This document shows positions 23,302-35,363 of a stretch of DNA of 64,000 nt, in pieces. The notes under the pieces were generated by a model. That model worked only from the letters and a program-made list of their open reading frames with translations, was not told where the DNA came from and searched no databases. The stretch covers positions 744,001 through 808,000 of the forward strand of contig OZ037839.1 of NCBI GenBank assembly GCA_964035575.1. Direction: 5' to 3'. The stretch is from Rhynchopus sp. YZ270_cl-10 (taxonomy: Eukaryota). Made by a program: the position numbers and the translations under genes. Every line of letters starts with the position of its first letter. The first letter of the stretch is position 1.

Positions 23302-25803
23302 TTAGAACACTGGTATCATCTCGAGCTCCTCGGCGAGAGGCTCACAGTCGGAATCTGACGATTCCGACTGCTCCACCGCCTCGCCGAGGAGCCCCTTCTT
23401 GTCCTGAAGCAATCCAAGGAGCTTGCCGTTCTTCCGCAGCATCAGCTTCTCAATAAACTTTTCCTTAGATAAATTCGAGGAGCGTTTATTTTTCATTGCA
23501 CTTAAGGAAGAAAATAATCCATCAACTGAGGTTACGCTGATCGGGGTTGAAAGCCATCCATGGACGTGTGGCGCTAAATTCGGGAAGCGTAACCCTCCAC
23601 TGCCTCTTGGACTCCAGAACTCGAACAGGTCAGTAACATCCTGAAACAAAAGGGCTTCGGCGTTGAGGTACAGGATGAATTCGTTCCACACGGTCGGTTC
23701 GCGCAAAGCATAGAAAATAGCACCCCATTTCTGCATCTCTGCGTCCTGACACTGTGGCTCCCCTGTCGGCAGGTCATCATCATCATAGTCCCCGGAGAGG
23801 ATGACATTGCAGTCAAAGAATATTAACTTCTCAAACCGGTCTCTCGACTTGTACTCGGCCCATGCTGCTGATAAACACTCGCGCATATTCGCAGAGTAGT
23901 CGCTGTTGGTGAGTACCCTCTGAATCTCTGGAAACCACCAGCTCGCTGCAATTTTGGTGCCGGGATTTTGCACCTTTCTGAGGAATGGAAGAAGAGGTTC
24001 GATATCGTTTGCAAATGCCGACACTTCGCGTACATGATCCTGCCACCTGTCCGTTTTGACAAGTTCAACGAGGGAGAGGAGAGACTGGTTCTTTTTCTTT
24101 CTCCCCATTTCACTATCGAGGAAAGATACCAGGGGTTGATGTCTGTCTCTAATGTGTATAGCAAGGTCGGCCATGGCTAACCACCGGGTGTCGCTGGTGA
24201 GTGATGGTGTCTTCGGCGATGCCGTATCAACATTCTCAACGTCAACATCGATCGTTTCGCTCAACACCTCCTTTGCTTTGGCCAGAAGCTCTTCAATATC
24301 ATCTATTTTCGGCCCCGGAAGCAAACGTTGCATGCCCCTGACACTTTTTTTCTCCACAGCGACTTTCAAACGAATCCTGGTGTCTTGTGTGTCCGCCGCC
24401 GACTCACGCGCGTTGCTGACAGAAGATTCCTGGAAATTGAGCCAGCGCACTCGTCGGCTTTTACAAGAGAAAAGCTGACTAAACGCTGTACAAAAAACAT
24501 ATGACAGCTGGTAGTTAATTTTTACGTGTGCTTTCAGTGCCGAATTTGTCACGTGGCCAAAACACCAACTGGCTTCCTCGTTGACCACATTTATCGATCC
24601 ATAATCAGCAACCACGGGAGAATGCGCGATATTAAATTTTTTTCGAGCTGTGTTGATAGCATCCTTCACATCTCGACCACAGTGGACTTCTCCAGTATCT
24701 TTTACGTCCATATGAATGAGGAGGGCTTGGCCTGCAACGAACGCTACAATGCACAATGTCGAAAAACCCAGGTGTCTCTGTCCTGCAATAAAAATTTTGG
24801 GATAGTGGTCATTTGTTTATTAGCATACCCGATCCATCTATCCCGAGAGGGATTGGTTTCCCTTCAACCAACTTCAGTAGCACACCCTCGATCTCCTTCA
24901 CGAACTTCGTGGAGCGGCCCAGGACCGTTTTCCCGGTTGGGAAGTCCTCTCCGAAGAGGGGACGCACTGGCAGCGACATAATGTCGGCTTGGCGTTCTGT
25001 GAGTCCGCAGACCAGCACAGCCAATGCCCATGTTGTGACAAACGCCGCCAACCCCATCACCGGCGTCAACACCTGCTGCCGCTTCTCCTTCGTGTCACCA
25101 ACTGGAGCTGCAGCCTTCTTCTTCTTCTTCTTCTCCCTACGCTCATTATTTTTGTGGCGGTCGCTTTGGACGTGTACCTTGGCGGTACTACTTTCACCGT
25201 GTTGCACCACTCCACGGCAATGTACACAAAAAAGAACTGTGTCGTCTCCCTTTCGCCCTGTTTTCTTCGCTGCTGCCTTTTCCTCGAAGGGGAGCTCATC
25301 AACCTCCATTACCTGAGATTTTTTTGTTATTTGTTACATTTTTTTTATTTTTTATTACTTTGTATTCACCCTAGTCACTTTAGCGCCGCCGTAGCAGTGT
25401 GGCCCCTCATTTTGTTCTATACTGACCGGTTTTTTAATACATTTTTAGCGATACATACTTCATAACACTCTGCAATTGATCGGTCGTACTTCTCCAGCGC
25501 GGTTAAACGACCCTGCGCGGTTACCGACGATCCCGCCTTCGCCTCCGCCGACACCTCCTTCAGCTTCTTCCGAGACTCTATGGTCTCTTTGCGCTTCTCC
25601 GCCGGGGTCTTCTCTATCGCGCCGCCTTTCTTGGCTGGTGGCTTGCTTGCAGTCTTTGTAGAAGGCTTATTCGTTGCCTTCTTCGCTGATTTTTTCACTC
25701 TTTTCTTTGTTTGTGCCCTGGTGGAAGAGGAATCGCTCGCGTCCGTGTTGCTCGAGACAATGGTCGTCTCGTCGACCTTCCTCTTTCTGCTTTTTGGGCC
25801 CAT
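23302..25803 (-). CDS. hAT-family transposase, 3 exons (25803-25459, 25312-24829, 24782-23302), 769 aa
   Basis: GT-AG introns 25313-25458 and 24783-24828 join three ORFs in frame (2310 nt); basic N-terminus, BED-like CVHC..HVQSDRH, LGIDGS, VVADYGS, CFGH (CxxH), C-terminal FPNLA..LSTPISVTSVDGLFS..KNKRSSNL dimerisation-like region. Confidence 0.88.
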
Positions 25804-27126
25804 TGATGATATTTTTTTTAGCGTTTAAACTGATAAATTCCTGTTGATAGTGTAGGGGTGCACCGAAAAGAATTCACCGAAGCACGTCATATATTGTGCA
25901 AACCTAAACGCGATAATTTTCGGCGAAAATTCATGGAAAGCCCGCGGGGCTTCGAAATACAAAAGTGACTTTCTTTCTTCTTTTTTTTTGGACTTTTTTT
26001 TCTCTTTTTTTCCCCTTCCCCCCCATTTTTGGATTTTCCGAGCCAATTGCGGAACGTGGTGGGGTCTATTTCAAAAATATGATACATTCCTGTTGGTGAT
26101 ACGTGTATTCGGGTCATATTCGGCCTATATTCGCCTATATTCGGATCCGAATATAGGGCGAATACGCATATTCGGATCCGAATATAGGCCGAATATCATA
26201 TTCGCTTTCTAGGTATGCCTAGGGGGGGGGGTAAATTACCATGTTATGGGTTAGGTCATGTTTTTGGGTGGGAAGGGGGGACTTTTTCATACACGGTGGG
26301 GTAAAATTTTGCACAACACAGTGTGACGACACATGCTCTCATGACAAATGTGTCATCTGAAAAAAATTCCTCACTTCCTTGCGACATCGCAAGCAGTCAT
26401 GCATCATGGATCCACATCATCCACATCATCTTTCTGCCCGTGCCTGAACCATGACTGGTCAGGGATCACGGTGTTGCCTCAGATTCCGTGAGGTGTCCCA
26501 AACGTATCGCCCACGCAGCACAAACGTACCCACCTGCACCCATCTACCTGCACACGTGATGTAAAACAGGGTGAAAGATTATTTGCACTTTACCCCTTTC
26601 CTCATTTCGAGCTTGTCTCCAGCTTCAAATCAGACGAGTCCTACAGTCTCCGGATGTACGACCCGCTGAACACATCAGCCCCTCCCAGCAAACCATAAAA
26701 CAAAACAGGTATGCGCTGCACTAAGTGAAACTATTACCCCATAATTACACGCCAGGTGGTGTTTTGCCACTCGTTCCCTGAACCCCCTCGCTTCGCTCGT
26801 GGGTTTAGGTCACTCGTGACAAAACACCACCTGGCGTGTTGCGGCGATAATTACCCAAAAATTACCTGGTGGCTGGTACTTTACCCCCCCAGGGGGGTAA
26901 AGTACCAGCCACAACAGGGTATTATAAGGGGGGGGGGGGTAAATTACCATGTTATTTTGGCCTGAACCGTTTTTTCTGAAAAAGGGGGTAAAATAAGGGG
27001 GGGGGGGGGGGTAAATTTAGGGGGGGGGGTAAATGACCACGAATAGGACTGATTATTTTATAATTTTGTTTCTTATTTTGATAAGGTAGGTTTAAAAAGT
27101 CATCACGCCGGTGTCACATCAGTGAC

Positions 27127-30100
27127 TCAATGGCGCATGAGTGATTCAATTTCATCGTCCAGATATCCAGCCTCGCAAAGGAAGCGGAGCACGTCTGCCT
27201 CATGGCGCTGCATCAGCTGCCCCAGGTTCGTTGTAGGGAGGCTGGAGCGTGGGGTTGCGGGGTTGCTGCACCGGGAGAAGATGTGGCGGAGCGAAGCCTC
27301 TTCAGAGCAACGTGGGCAGTACGCCGTCCTGTCCGGGTGCAGCTTGTTGTAGACGAGTGGGTGGCGTTCCACTCGGAGGTTGCGGATGGTCGTCGCACCA
27401 GCCGCGTGAGGTGCGGTGTACGCAGCGCAGGTCGGTGCAGAGCGGTGGTGGATCCACTCTTGTAGGAGTAGATGCTGTTCTCAGCCGGTGTGGGCTCGCG
27501 GCTGAGGGCACGTCGCTTCACGCACGCGCGGATGCTCGCAAGGCTGATCCGCTCGTGGTTCGCAGGGCTGCCGTTCGCACGGCTAGCGAGCTTGTCGGCT
27601 GCCTCATTGCCTAGCACCCCCACGTGGGAGGGGATGTAGTGCAGGTGGATTTTGTACCCTTCACGGGCACGTGAGTGTAGGAGACGCCAGAGTCGGTGCA
27701 GCGTGTCCTCGTGCACCCCGCATGGGCCACTCGCCAGCGCCATCAGTGCGGACTGTGAGTCCGTGAGCAGGAGCACTTCTGCGGGTGCGTCCCAGGTCGT
27801 GATGCCTTCCAAGCCAAGGCAGATTGCCACCAGCTCAGCCTGGTAACTGGAGCTCACTGTGCCCGCTCCGGTTTGCAGCTCCTTGCTGTGTGAGTGTAGT
27901 CGATCCCCCGCGTAGAACACGGCGCCAGCGCCACCCCGTTGATGCACAGGTGGGTTTGGGTTAGCGGCAGTCACGCGCTGGGACACGTCTAGGCACGACC
28001 CGTCGGTGTAGACGTGCACGTCGTAGTGGGGTAGAGCGGCGAGGGTCTCTTCCGCCCGCAGTAGCATGATGTCAGTCGGCATTCCGCTGCTCTTGTTGAT
28101 GCCCGGTATGGTTGGGGTGATCCGCAGAGACTGCGAGAGCTCCTCCCATTCCCAGGGACATACAGGGTCGTGTTCACACAGCAATGCACGTTCACTGTGC
28201 CTGTACGCCTTAGAGTCGTCGATGGTGTCGGTAGCCTCTGAAAGCCAGGTGCGGCCAGGTGGTTTGGTGGTGGAGAGTGCGGCAGCATGCCCAGGTGAGT
28301 CGGGCAGTCGCATGAATTTCTCGTAGTCGTTGGCAGCTACACGCCGGAGGTGGCACGCAATGGTCTGTAGGTGGGCCTCCCACAGCACGTCCTGTCCGTG
28401 CGTCATGTAGTCGCACCCCGTAATTGCCTTCGCTGCCTTCCGGTGGAGCTTTTCGAGGGTGTCGATGTGAGTCGCAGAGAGTCTGCTGCCGTAGACACTA
28501 GCAGCGTACGTGATCGTGGGGTAGACGTAGCTCAGGTAGGCAGCTCGTAGCGTGTGTGCGTCGCAGCCCCAGTCGGTCCCTGCTAGGCTGTGCAGAATCG
28601 ACATCCGGCAGGAAAAGCGCTCCACGACCATGTCGAAGTGTGCTTTCATGTCGCCCGAGCGATCCAAAATGAGACCTAGGTATCGTGGGTGGAGGTCACG
28701 TTTGAGGAGTGACCCGTCGAGGAAGTGAATGGACAGTTCGTCTTCCCTTTGTAGTTTGTCCCGTACCTGTTGCAGCTTGACGGGGTCTTTTGGGAAGCGT
28801 GTGGGTGCTGATACAGGCATCCAGGTTGTCTTGCTGGCGGATAGGCGGATGTTGGCACCTCCAGTGAACCCCTCCACCTCACTGAACACTGTCTGTGCAA
28901 GAGCCACCGCATCCTCCATCGTTGTACCGTCACAAGTATTGCAACGTCGTCGGCGAAGAGTGCAGGTATCACGTCGTCGCCGTGTCGGCTGAGCTGTATC
29001 GCTAGGTCGTCCATCACCAGGTTGAAGAGCAATGGAGCAAGGACGGTACCTTGCGGCACTCCGTCCTCGGAGATGTAGGGGTCGCTCAGATGGCCCTGCA
29101 CCGACACCCGCGAGACTCTGTTGGTGAGATAGTTTGTCACCCAGTTAATGTACCTAGGTGGGAAGCCCATCTCGTGCATCTTCTTGAGGATACGTTTTCT
29201 GCAGACACGGTCGAACGCCTTTTCCATATCGCAGGTGAGGAGTACCCCGTATCTTTTGTTGTTGCATGTGTTGTGCATGCTTTGCACTATCAGCTGCAGC
29301 TGGTCGGATGTCGAACGGAGGGATCGGAATCCAGCCTGGGCCGAGTGGAGGTTGTTCACTGAAGAGTTTGGCTGGCTCATCAGTTGGTGCATACGTCGTT
29401 TTACCAGTTTCTCCATCACCTTCGACACACTGCTGGTGAGAGAGATCGGGCGATACGACGCGGGGTCAGTCATGTCTTTCCCTTTTTTGTGCAGTGGGAT
29501 CACCGTTGCTGTCGTCCATGCCTCCGGGAGAACTGCCGTCGTCCAGGAGAGGTTGCACACATGTAGGAGGGCTCGCAGTGCTCCTTCACCAAGGTGTTGG
29601 AGCCATTCGTTGTGGACCCCGTCTGGGCCAGTGGACTTCTTCTTCTTGAGCTCTCCAATGCAGGTTTTCAGCTCTGCGAGGGTGAAAATGTCTTCTGCAG
29701 GTGTTGTCGCGTTCACGCTGCGGATTTTGTGCCGTTGGGGCTTCGTTGTGAGGGGTGTGCCTCTGTTCACTGTCGCCAAGTGCTCCGCCATGTAGTTGGC
29801 CTTCTCGCGGGGGCATGTGAACGGTGTACCTTCTTTTGCCAATGGCATTGCGGTCGATCGTTGAGCACGCCCGTCGAGTTCGCGGATTAGGTTGAAGGTG
29901 TAACCCAGGTCCGCCGCCGAAGCTGCTTCGTCGCATCGCGCGTCCCAGACACGCTTTTTTGCCTTGCGAATCTCTTCTGAGGCTTTGTGTCGGAGATGGG
30001 TGAGGTGTTCCGCATCTTTCGCAGTCGGTGCTGAGAGTGAGTACAGCTGTCGTTGAAGTTCCCGGTCACGGCTCGCAATGGCCTGCTTCGCCGCACCAGT

Positions 30101-31114
30101 GAACCACTTCCGCCGTTTTCGGTTCACGCGCTGTGTCGGTATGCAGTCTTCTGCTGCTTTGTTGACCATCCCTAACCAGCGGGAGTAGGTCTCGTTGGGG
30201 TCTGTGCGCTTGGTGGTCTTCGCAGTGCTAGACTCCAACATAGTACTGAACCGGTCCCAGTCGGCCTCCTTCCAGTTCCATGTTATCCGCTGTCGTTGGT
30301 CGGCAGCCTCGCATTGGGTCTCTCCCTCAGGTTGCATGATGGAGAACTCAATAGGCACGTGGTCGGAGATCGCCTTGAACAGTGTATTCCAGCCCTTGAC
30401 TTTCACCTCCTCAGAAGCCATCACAATGTCGGGGGAGGTTCTTTGTTGAAGGTGCAGTCTTGTCACTTTTGTCGGGTCGTTGGCGATGCTGAAGTCGTGC
30501 TCTCGGGTCCAAAGGTATATCTCTTTCCCCAGATCGTCTTCCGCAGCGCTGTGTGTGTCCCAGGATCGATGGTGCGCATTCACGTCCCCCGCAATCACCA
30601 CCTTCCCCTGTGTGGGAAATTGTTTAATGTCAAAGTCATCACATCGTTTGTCGTCTTTCTGTAGGCCTACTGCACTAGGCCTGTACACGTTGCATATTTG
30701 TACACCTTCCACTTCGACGTCGAGTCTCTCCGTCACGCTGCTCTCTGGAGAAGTGTATATGTGTTTGGAGGTGCGTGTAGCGCGGACGTAGGTTGCAATG
30801 CCACCTCCCGATGTCTTCGCCCCCTTGTTACGCACTTGGGTACGCATACGTTTGTACAATATGTACCCGTCGAAGCCAACGTCGCCTGTCTGGCTCGCTT
30901 TGAGTTCCTGAAGGCAGATGACGTCGTACACTTTTTGGGCGAACAGCAGGACAAGTTCTGCTCGTGTCTGTTGAGTCATTCCGTTGATGTTAAATGTAAG
31001 GCATTTAAGTGCCTTGGGTCCGGGATTAGGGTGGATGCCCGCCTCTACAAGTAGCCTTCTGATGATAATTGTGATGTAGTAGAGGTTGGCGGGGGAGGTG
31101 TCAGTGGGGTCAAG
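27127..31114 (-). CDS. Retrotransposon ORF2: 2A-like peptide, AP endonuclease, reverse transcriptase, RNase H, CCHC finger; frameshifts near 28930 and 27390
   Basis: APE: TFNING, CLQELK, NVYRP, AGDVNAH, SDHVPI; RT: YRPISL, QAGFR, GVPQGTVLAPLLFN, FADD; RNase H: YTDGS, AELVAI, TDSQSA, HVGVLGNEAAD; C-terminal CPRC..HIFSRC. Confidence 0.93.
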
Positions 31115-34089
31115 TCAGACCCGGAAAGGGGGGGACTTCTTCGCCGAGCCTCCATCCCGCCCCTTCCTGTTGCCGTCGCGTTCGCGCTTCGTCGTTGTTG
31201 GTGATGATGCTGCTCCCCTGTCATTTGGGTTAGTGGCCTTCGGGGTACGTACACGCCGTGGTAGTGAGCGGCGCGTGCGCGGAGAGCCTCGTGGTGCGCG
31301 CGGCGTTGAGTTCCCCAGTCGCGGTGGTGGCAGTGAGGTCTTCTTGGGAGAAGGGGTCTTGGCGTTCATCACGGTGTCGTGGTTGTGGTTGGCGGATTGG
31401 GGTGGTGACCGGCTGAGCACCTGTGCCGTCAGGTCCTCTAGCTGCTTCTTCATCTCCACCAGCTGTTGTAGTAGAGCGAGGTTCTGCTTCTGTAGCTCCT
31501 CCCTCGACTCAAGCTGCGGCTCTGTCGTTGCGGTGGTGTCGGTGGTTGTGCTTTTTTTTTTTTTTGTTGCTGTTTTTTTTTCTCGGCTTGCGCTGCCGCA
31601 GCCCATTATCGTCAAATTCGCAATTTTCTCAGATTTAGTTGATAAAAAAAATTTTCCCCCCGGGAAAGGCAGGTCAAGTACTGTTTAGGGTTGGTGGTTT
31701 CCATTCCTTTCTCCACTGCATAACTACTTTTCGCACGCGCTTGTATTCGTCAAACTTCGCGAACGCTACCCTGCGATTCTTTAGCCGTATGGAAAAAAAA
31801 TAAATGGCGCCGCAGGCGAAAAAAAATAGGGTACGGTGTAAAAATGCTGGTTTACACCACAGTCACTCAACAAACCCTTTTTTGCGGAGCAAAAAAGGAA
31901 AATGGCGCCGCAGGCAAAAAAAAATAAGGGGTACGGTACGCAACGAGCAGGAAAATTTTAAGGTTCCATCATTCCAGTCATCTGGGGTCGGGCGAGGGGT
32001 CCCAAAAGTGCCCAAAAATCAGGGCTCAGGCGTATACCGGCCTTTTTTCGGGGTTTTTCGGGTCCGTATACCGAGTTTTTTCCCGTTTTTTTTTTGGTGG
32101 TTTTGTGGGCATTTTGCGCTGGTTTTTCCAGATTAAATTACGATTTTTACCGTAAAAAAGTACCAACAAGAGATTTTTCCCGTGATTTTTTTTGAAAACG
32201 CCGCCAGGATTTTGACTTTTGAATAAGTTCTGTTGATGGTCCCAAAAAAATTTTCGCGCTTCGCATTTACGCTCCTTCTCGTGACCTCCAGTGGAGAGAA
32301 GAATGTTTCCCAGCCCGGTCAGAGTTCCGCCGAATCAGCGACATTTGCTCTTTCGCTTTTCTCACCAGGCTGTTATACAGGAGACATGTACATTGTACCC
32401 TTCGGCGCCCAGTGCAGGTGGCCGTCCACAAGCCGTAATGGGTGTCAGCCAGTAACAGCGGTCATGGTACCCCCTGGCGAAGCCACGGTACGCAACATTT
32501 CCAAAATTGCGCTTAGAATTACATATTTTTTGCAGCCAAGCTGTCATGGGAAGGGTGGTAAGCATGCTGGCGCCGCAGGCGCACGGTACGCTACTTTTTT
32601 CCCGCAGGCAGGGCGAACGCAGTTTGTTTGCCCTAAGCGTTTCTTAAAGAGGAAGGTTGAACCTATGCAGAAATTTCCTGCCGCAGGCGGGGATTTTTTT
32701 TCCCCCCTTTTCCTTTTTCTGCCTTTTTTGGGTTCTGCGAAGAGATTGCGACCCACAGTGGTGCCGCACAAAAACTTTAGTGGGGCCCACCCACCCAAAA
32801 ACCCACCAGTGAAAAACGGGAAAAAAAAACGGGAAAAAAAAGTGGAAATCCCAAAACCCGTATACGTATACCACTCCCAGCGGTAGGCATGCCAAAAATC
32901 CCCTCTTTTTTTTTTTTTTCCCCTCCCAAAAAAATATTTAGTTGATTTCAACTAAATGCGAACCGCACGATAATCCCCTGCGCTGCCGTTTTGCCTCTGG
33001 TTTGGCGTCGGGTGTGTCCGGGCCCGATCCGCTCCTCTTCCTCTTCTTCCTCTTGAAGCGGTGTCCGGGCTGGGCCTCGCAGGCGATCACCGGCTTCCCG
33101 TTGATGACACAGGGGTCTTCGGGGACGCCTTGGCGTGTCGTCACCTTCACGCACCAGGTCTTCCCAGTGCTCTGTACGGCCTGCGCTGTGCAGCTGAGAC
33201 CGTGGTTGTTGAGTGCGGCAACAAAGTCCGCGGGGTTGGTGGCCTTTGGTACTCCCCGCATGAGGAGCGACTTCTGGTCGGCGAGCCCAGCGTCGCCGTG
33301 GATCGCCGCGCAGGCACGGCGTTCCTGGTCAGGGTCGGTGATGACCAACCCAAAAGATTTGGGTGATGCAATCACCCTTCCGTGGTACAGCTGCGCTGCG
33401 TCACGAGCCTCCTTGAGGGAGTGCTCCGGCTTCAGCCACACCACCCTCTCGCGTGAGGCTGCTTGCGGCCGGATCAGCACGCCGTCGATGCCTGATGCGC
33501 GACGGAGGTCGGTATCGGGGTGCACCTGCACAAACAGTCGGGTTAGCAGGCGGGTAGTGTTCTTGCAGTCGCGTGCTGCAGTCACGGAGGTAGCCACGAT
33601 GTTGGCTTGCGTAAGCCACTTGCGTGCGGCCTGCGCGGGTGTCTTCTGCCAGGTGTGGTGGTCGCTGGCGTCGCGTGTCACTTCTAGCACCGCTCTCATC
33701 ATCTGCGGTGTAGCGCCCAGGTTGGTCGACCTGAGGATGTGTTGGGGTGGTGTGCGGCTGAGGGGGTACATGCACATGGTACGTGCGATGTAGCTGCCTT
33801 CCTGTCGAGTGCACATCACGAAGGTGGTGGTGTGGGGGCGGTGGCCGGAGAGGGGCTCCATCGTCACGACGGCGACGGGGGGTCCATCTCTGGAGTTGAG
33901 GGGGTGGGTCTTGAGGATTTCGGCGGCGACCGCCTTGTCCGTGATGGCAACAGCGCCTTGTTCGGGCACGTTGCCTGTGCGCAGCTGTTCAAGGAGCTGC
34001 GTCTGTGTGCCGCATGGCACGTTCTGCTGGCGCAGCCTCGTCTCCACCGAGGACCCCGATCTGTCGCGTGAGCGTCCAGGACCAGCCAT
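31115..34089 (-). pseudogene. Retrotransposon ORF1 (gag-like), split by a hAT MITE at 31599-32980
   Basis: The 383-aa and 166-aa ORFs abut the two TSD copies; removing the insertion joins them up to a 1-nt offset that could lie in the poly-A runs at 31552-31581; basic and coiled-coil-like C-terminus. Confidence 0.7.
31599..32980. mobile_element. Non-autonomous hAT element, 1382 bp, 8-bp TSD CGCTGCCG
   Basis: CAGcccATTATCGT / ACGATAATcccCTG termini; CGCTGCCG at 31591-31598 and 32981-32988. Confidence 0.85.
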
Positions 34090-34475
34090 ATCGAGGAGGC
34101 TGGGGTGGGGGGGGGATGAGGAGAGGTAAGCAAGAGGTAAGTGAATGATGGTAGTGTGTTGGGGTGGTGTGTGGTCCCTGGTCCCACATTTTTCATTTTT
34201 TGTTCCGCAAAAAAGGGTTCGTTGAGTGACTCTGTCAATAGCTAATCTTCACACATAGGAAAAAACGGGAAATGAAATAGGGGGAAAGTTTGCTAGTTGT
34301 ACGCTTCCACCGACTATTTTTTATAAAGATCTTCTCGAAGGAAAAGACACCACCCCAATCCAAATAAAATGCCGATATTTTCTACAAAATATCTTTCCTT
34401 TACAGGGCTAGGATACAGCCTTCCCCCCAGCTCAACCCTAAGAATAGAGAAGAATTTAGACAACCCTAACTGCAT

Positions 34476-35363
34476 TTAACACCATCTTCTTCTCCTCAGG
34501 TCGTCGTACACATCCTGACGCACCTTGGGTGGCAGCGGGCTGGAGAAGTCGAAGTATGTTGCGAGGAGCTGTTCTGCTGTTGCACGCTCTGCAGGGTTTA
34601 CCGTTATCACGTCTGCAATGAGAGCCGCCACACGAGCGTCCACATGCTCCGGCAGAGGCGGGTAGCGCCCACTGCTGATCGCCTGCGCTATCGCAAGGAT
34701 ATTCCCCCCGGTAAACGGTCTGCTCCGTGCAAAAAGCTCATACACAACACACCCGAGACTCCACATATCTGCTGGGTGGGTGTACTCACTCCCTGAACAA
34801 ACCTCTGGGGACAGGTAGTACGGTGTACCCACCATGGTCGAGGCAAGACTATGGCTTGACAGCATCTTTGAAATGCCAAAATCACCGATTTTCACCCGCA
34901 ATCCACTGCTGAGGAATACATTGGACGGTTTTAGGTCGCGGTGCATGACCTGAGAGAGGTGCATATAGCGCACTCCAACGAGAAGTTGGAAGGTGATGGA
35001 TAGGGCCTCGGGGAGCGGGGTGGGGGTGGTTTGGGAGTCGATGAATTGTTGTAGGTCGCCGGCATCGCAGTATTCTGTGACGAGGTTGATCGCGCTGTCG
35101 GTGTCCACGAAGTGAGCCACATAGCGCACGATATTGGGATGTTGTAGCACACCAAGAACGTAGACCTCGGTTGCATTCGCCTCCATCAGCTGCGCGCTCG
35201 CGGCCTCCCCAAGCACCGTCTGCTTCACAACAAGACTCTCCCCAGTCGCAGCCCCATCCTCACCCCGCTCCCTTACCAAATACACTTTCCCGAAGCTTCC
35301 ACTCCCCAATACCCGCTGCTTTTCATAACGCTTCCATATGTCTATCGGAGTTGCATCGGACAT
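34476..35363 (-). CDS. NEK (NIMA-related) Ser/Thr protein kinase
   Basis: GSGSFG, VVK, HPNIVRY, HRDLKPSN, KIGDFG, VGTPYYLSPE, DMWSLG; likely start MSDATP at 35363. Confidence 0.93.
   Translation of the reverse strand: MSDATPIDIWKRYEKQRVLGSGSFGKVYLVRERGEDGAATGESLVVKQTVLGEAASAQLMEANATEVYVLGVLQHPNIVRYVAHFVDTDSAINLVTEYCDAGDLQQFIDSQTTPTPLPEALSITFQLLVGVRYMHLSQVMHRDLKPSNVFLSSGLRVKIGDFGISKMLSSHSLASTMVGTPYYLSPEVCSGSEYTHPADMWSLGCVVYELFARSRPFTGGNILAIAQAISSGRYPPLPEHVDARVAALIADVITVNPAERATAEQLLATYFDFSSPLPPKVRQDVYDDLRRRRWC

Larger units (their letters stand above)
22182..26217 (-). mobile_element. Autonomous-looking hAT-like DNA transposon, 4036 bp, 6-bp TSD CCTAGG
   Basis: TIR of >40 bp, CATACCTAGAAAGCGAATATGATATTCGGCCTATATTCGGATCC; CCTAGG at 22176-22181 and 26218-26223; subterminal GCCTATATTCG repeats; internal transposase. 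Confidence 0.92.
21038..27051. mobile_element. Non-autonomous TIR element (CAGTCCTATTCGTGGTCATTTACCCC termini) hosting the hAT-like insertion
   Basis: >25-bp TIRs, AT on both flanks, subterminal GGGGTAAA repeats, internal ~370-bp inverted duplication (21196-21569 vs 21777-22150). Confidence 0.85.
27054..34190 (-). mobile_element. Non-LTR retrotransposon (Ingi/I-group-like: ORF1, 2A-like, APE, RT, RNase H, CCHC), disrupted copy
   Basis: Domain order from ORFs; A-rich 3' tail on the minus strand near 27054-27081; ends approximate, TSD not identified. Confidence 0.9.

Noticed and set aside
28900..28950. Programmed frameshift within ORF2 just after the RT FADD motif
   Set aside because: No slippery heptamer; looks like one missing G, and similar single-base losses occur elsewhere in the window
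34090..34190. HDV-like ribozyme at the retroelement 5' end
   Set aside because: Could not fold the C/A-rich leader into the nested double pseudoknot by eye
34500..34530. NEK gene continuing through an intron at AAG|GTGCGT
   Set aside because: Kinase domain is complete, an in-frame stop follows, and no downstream exon was identified
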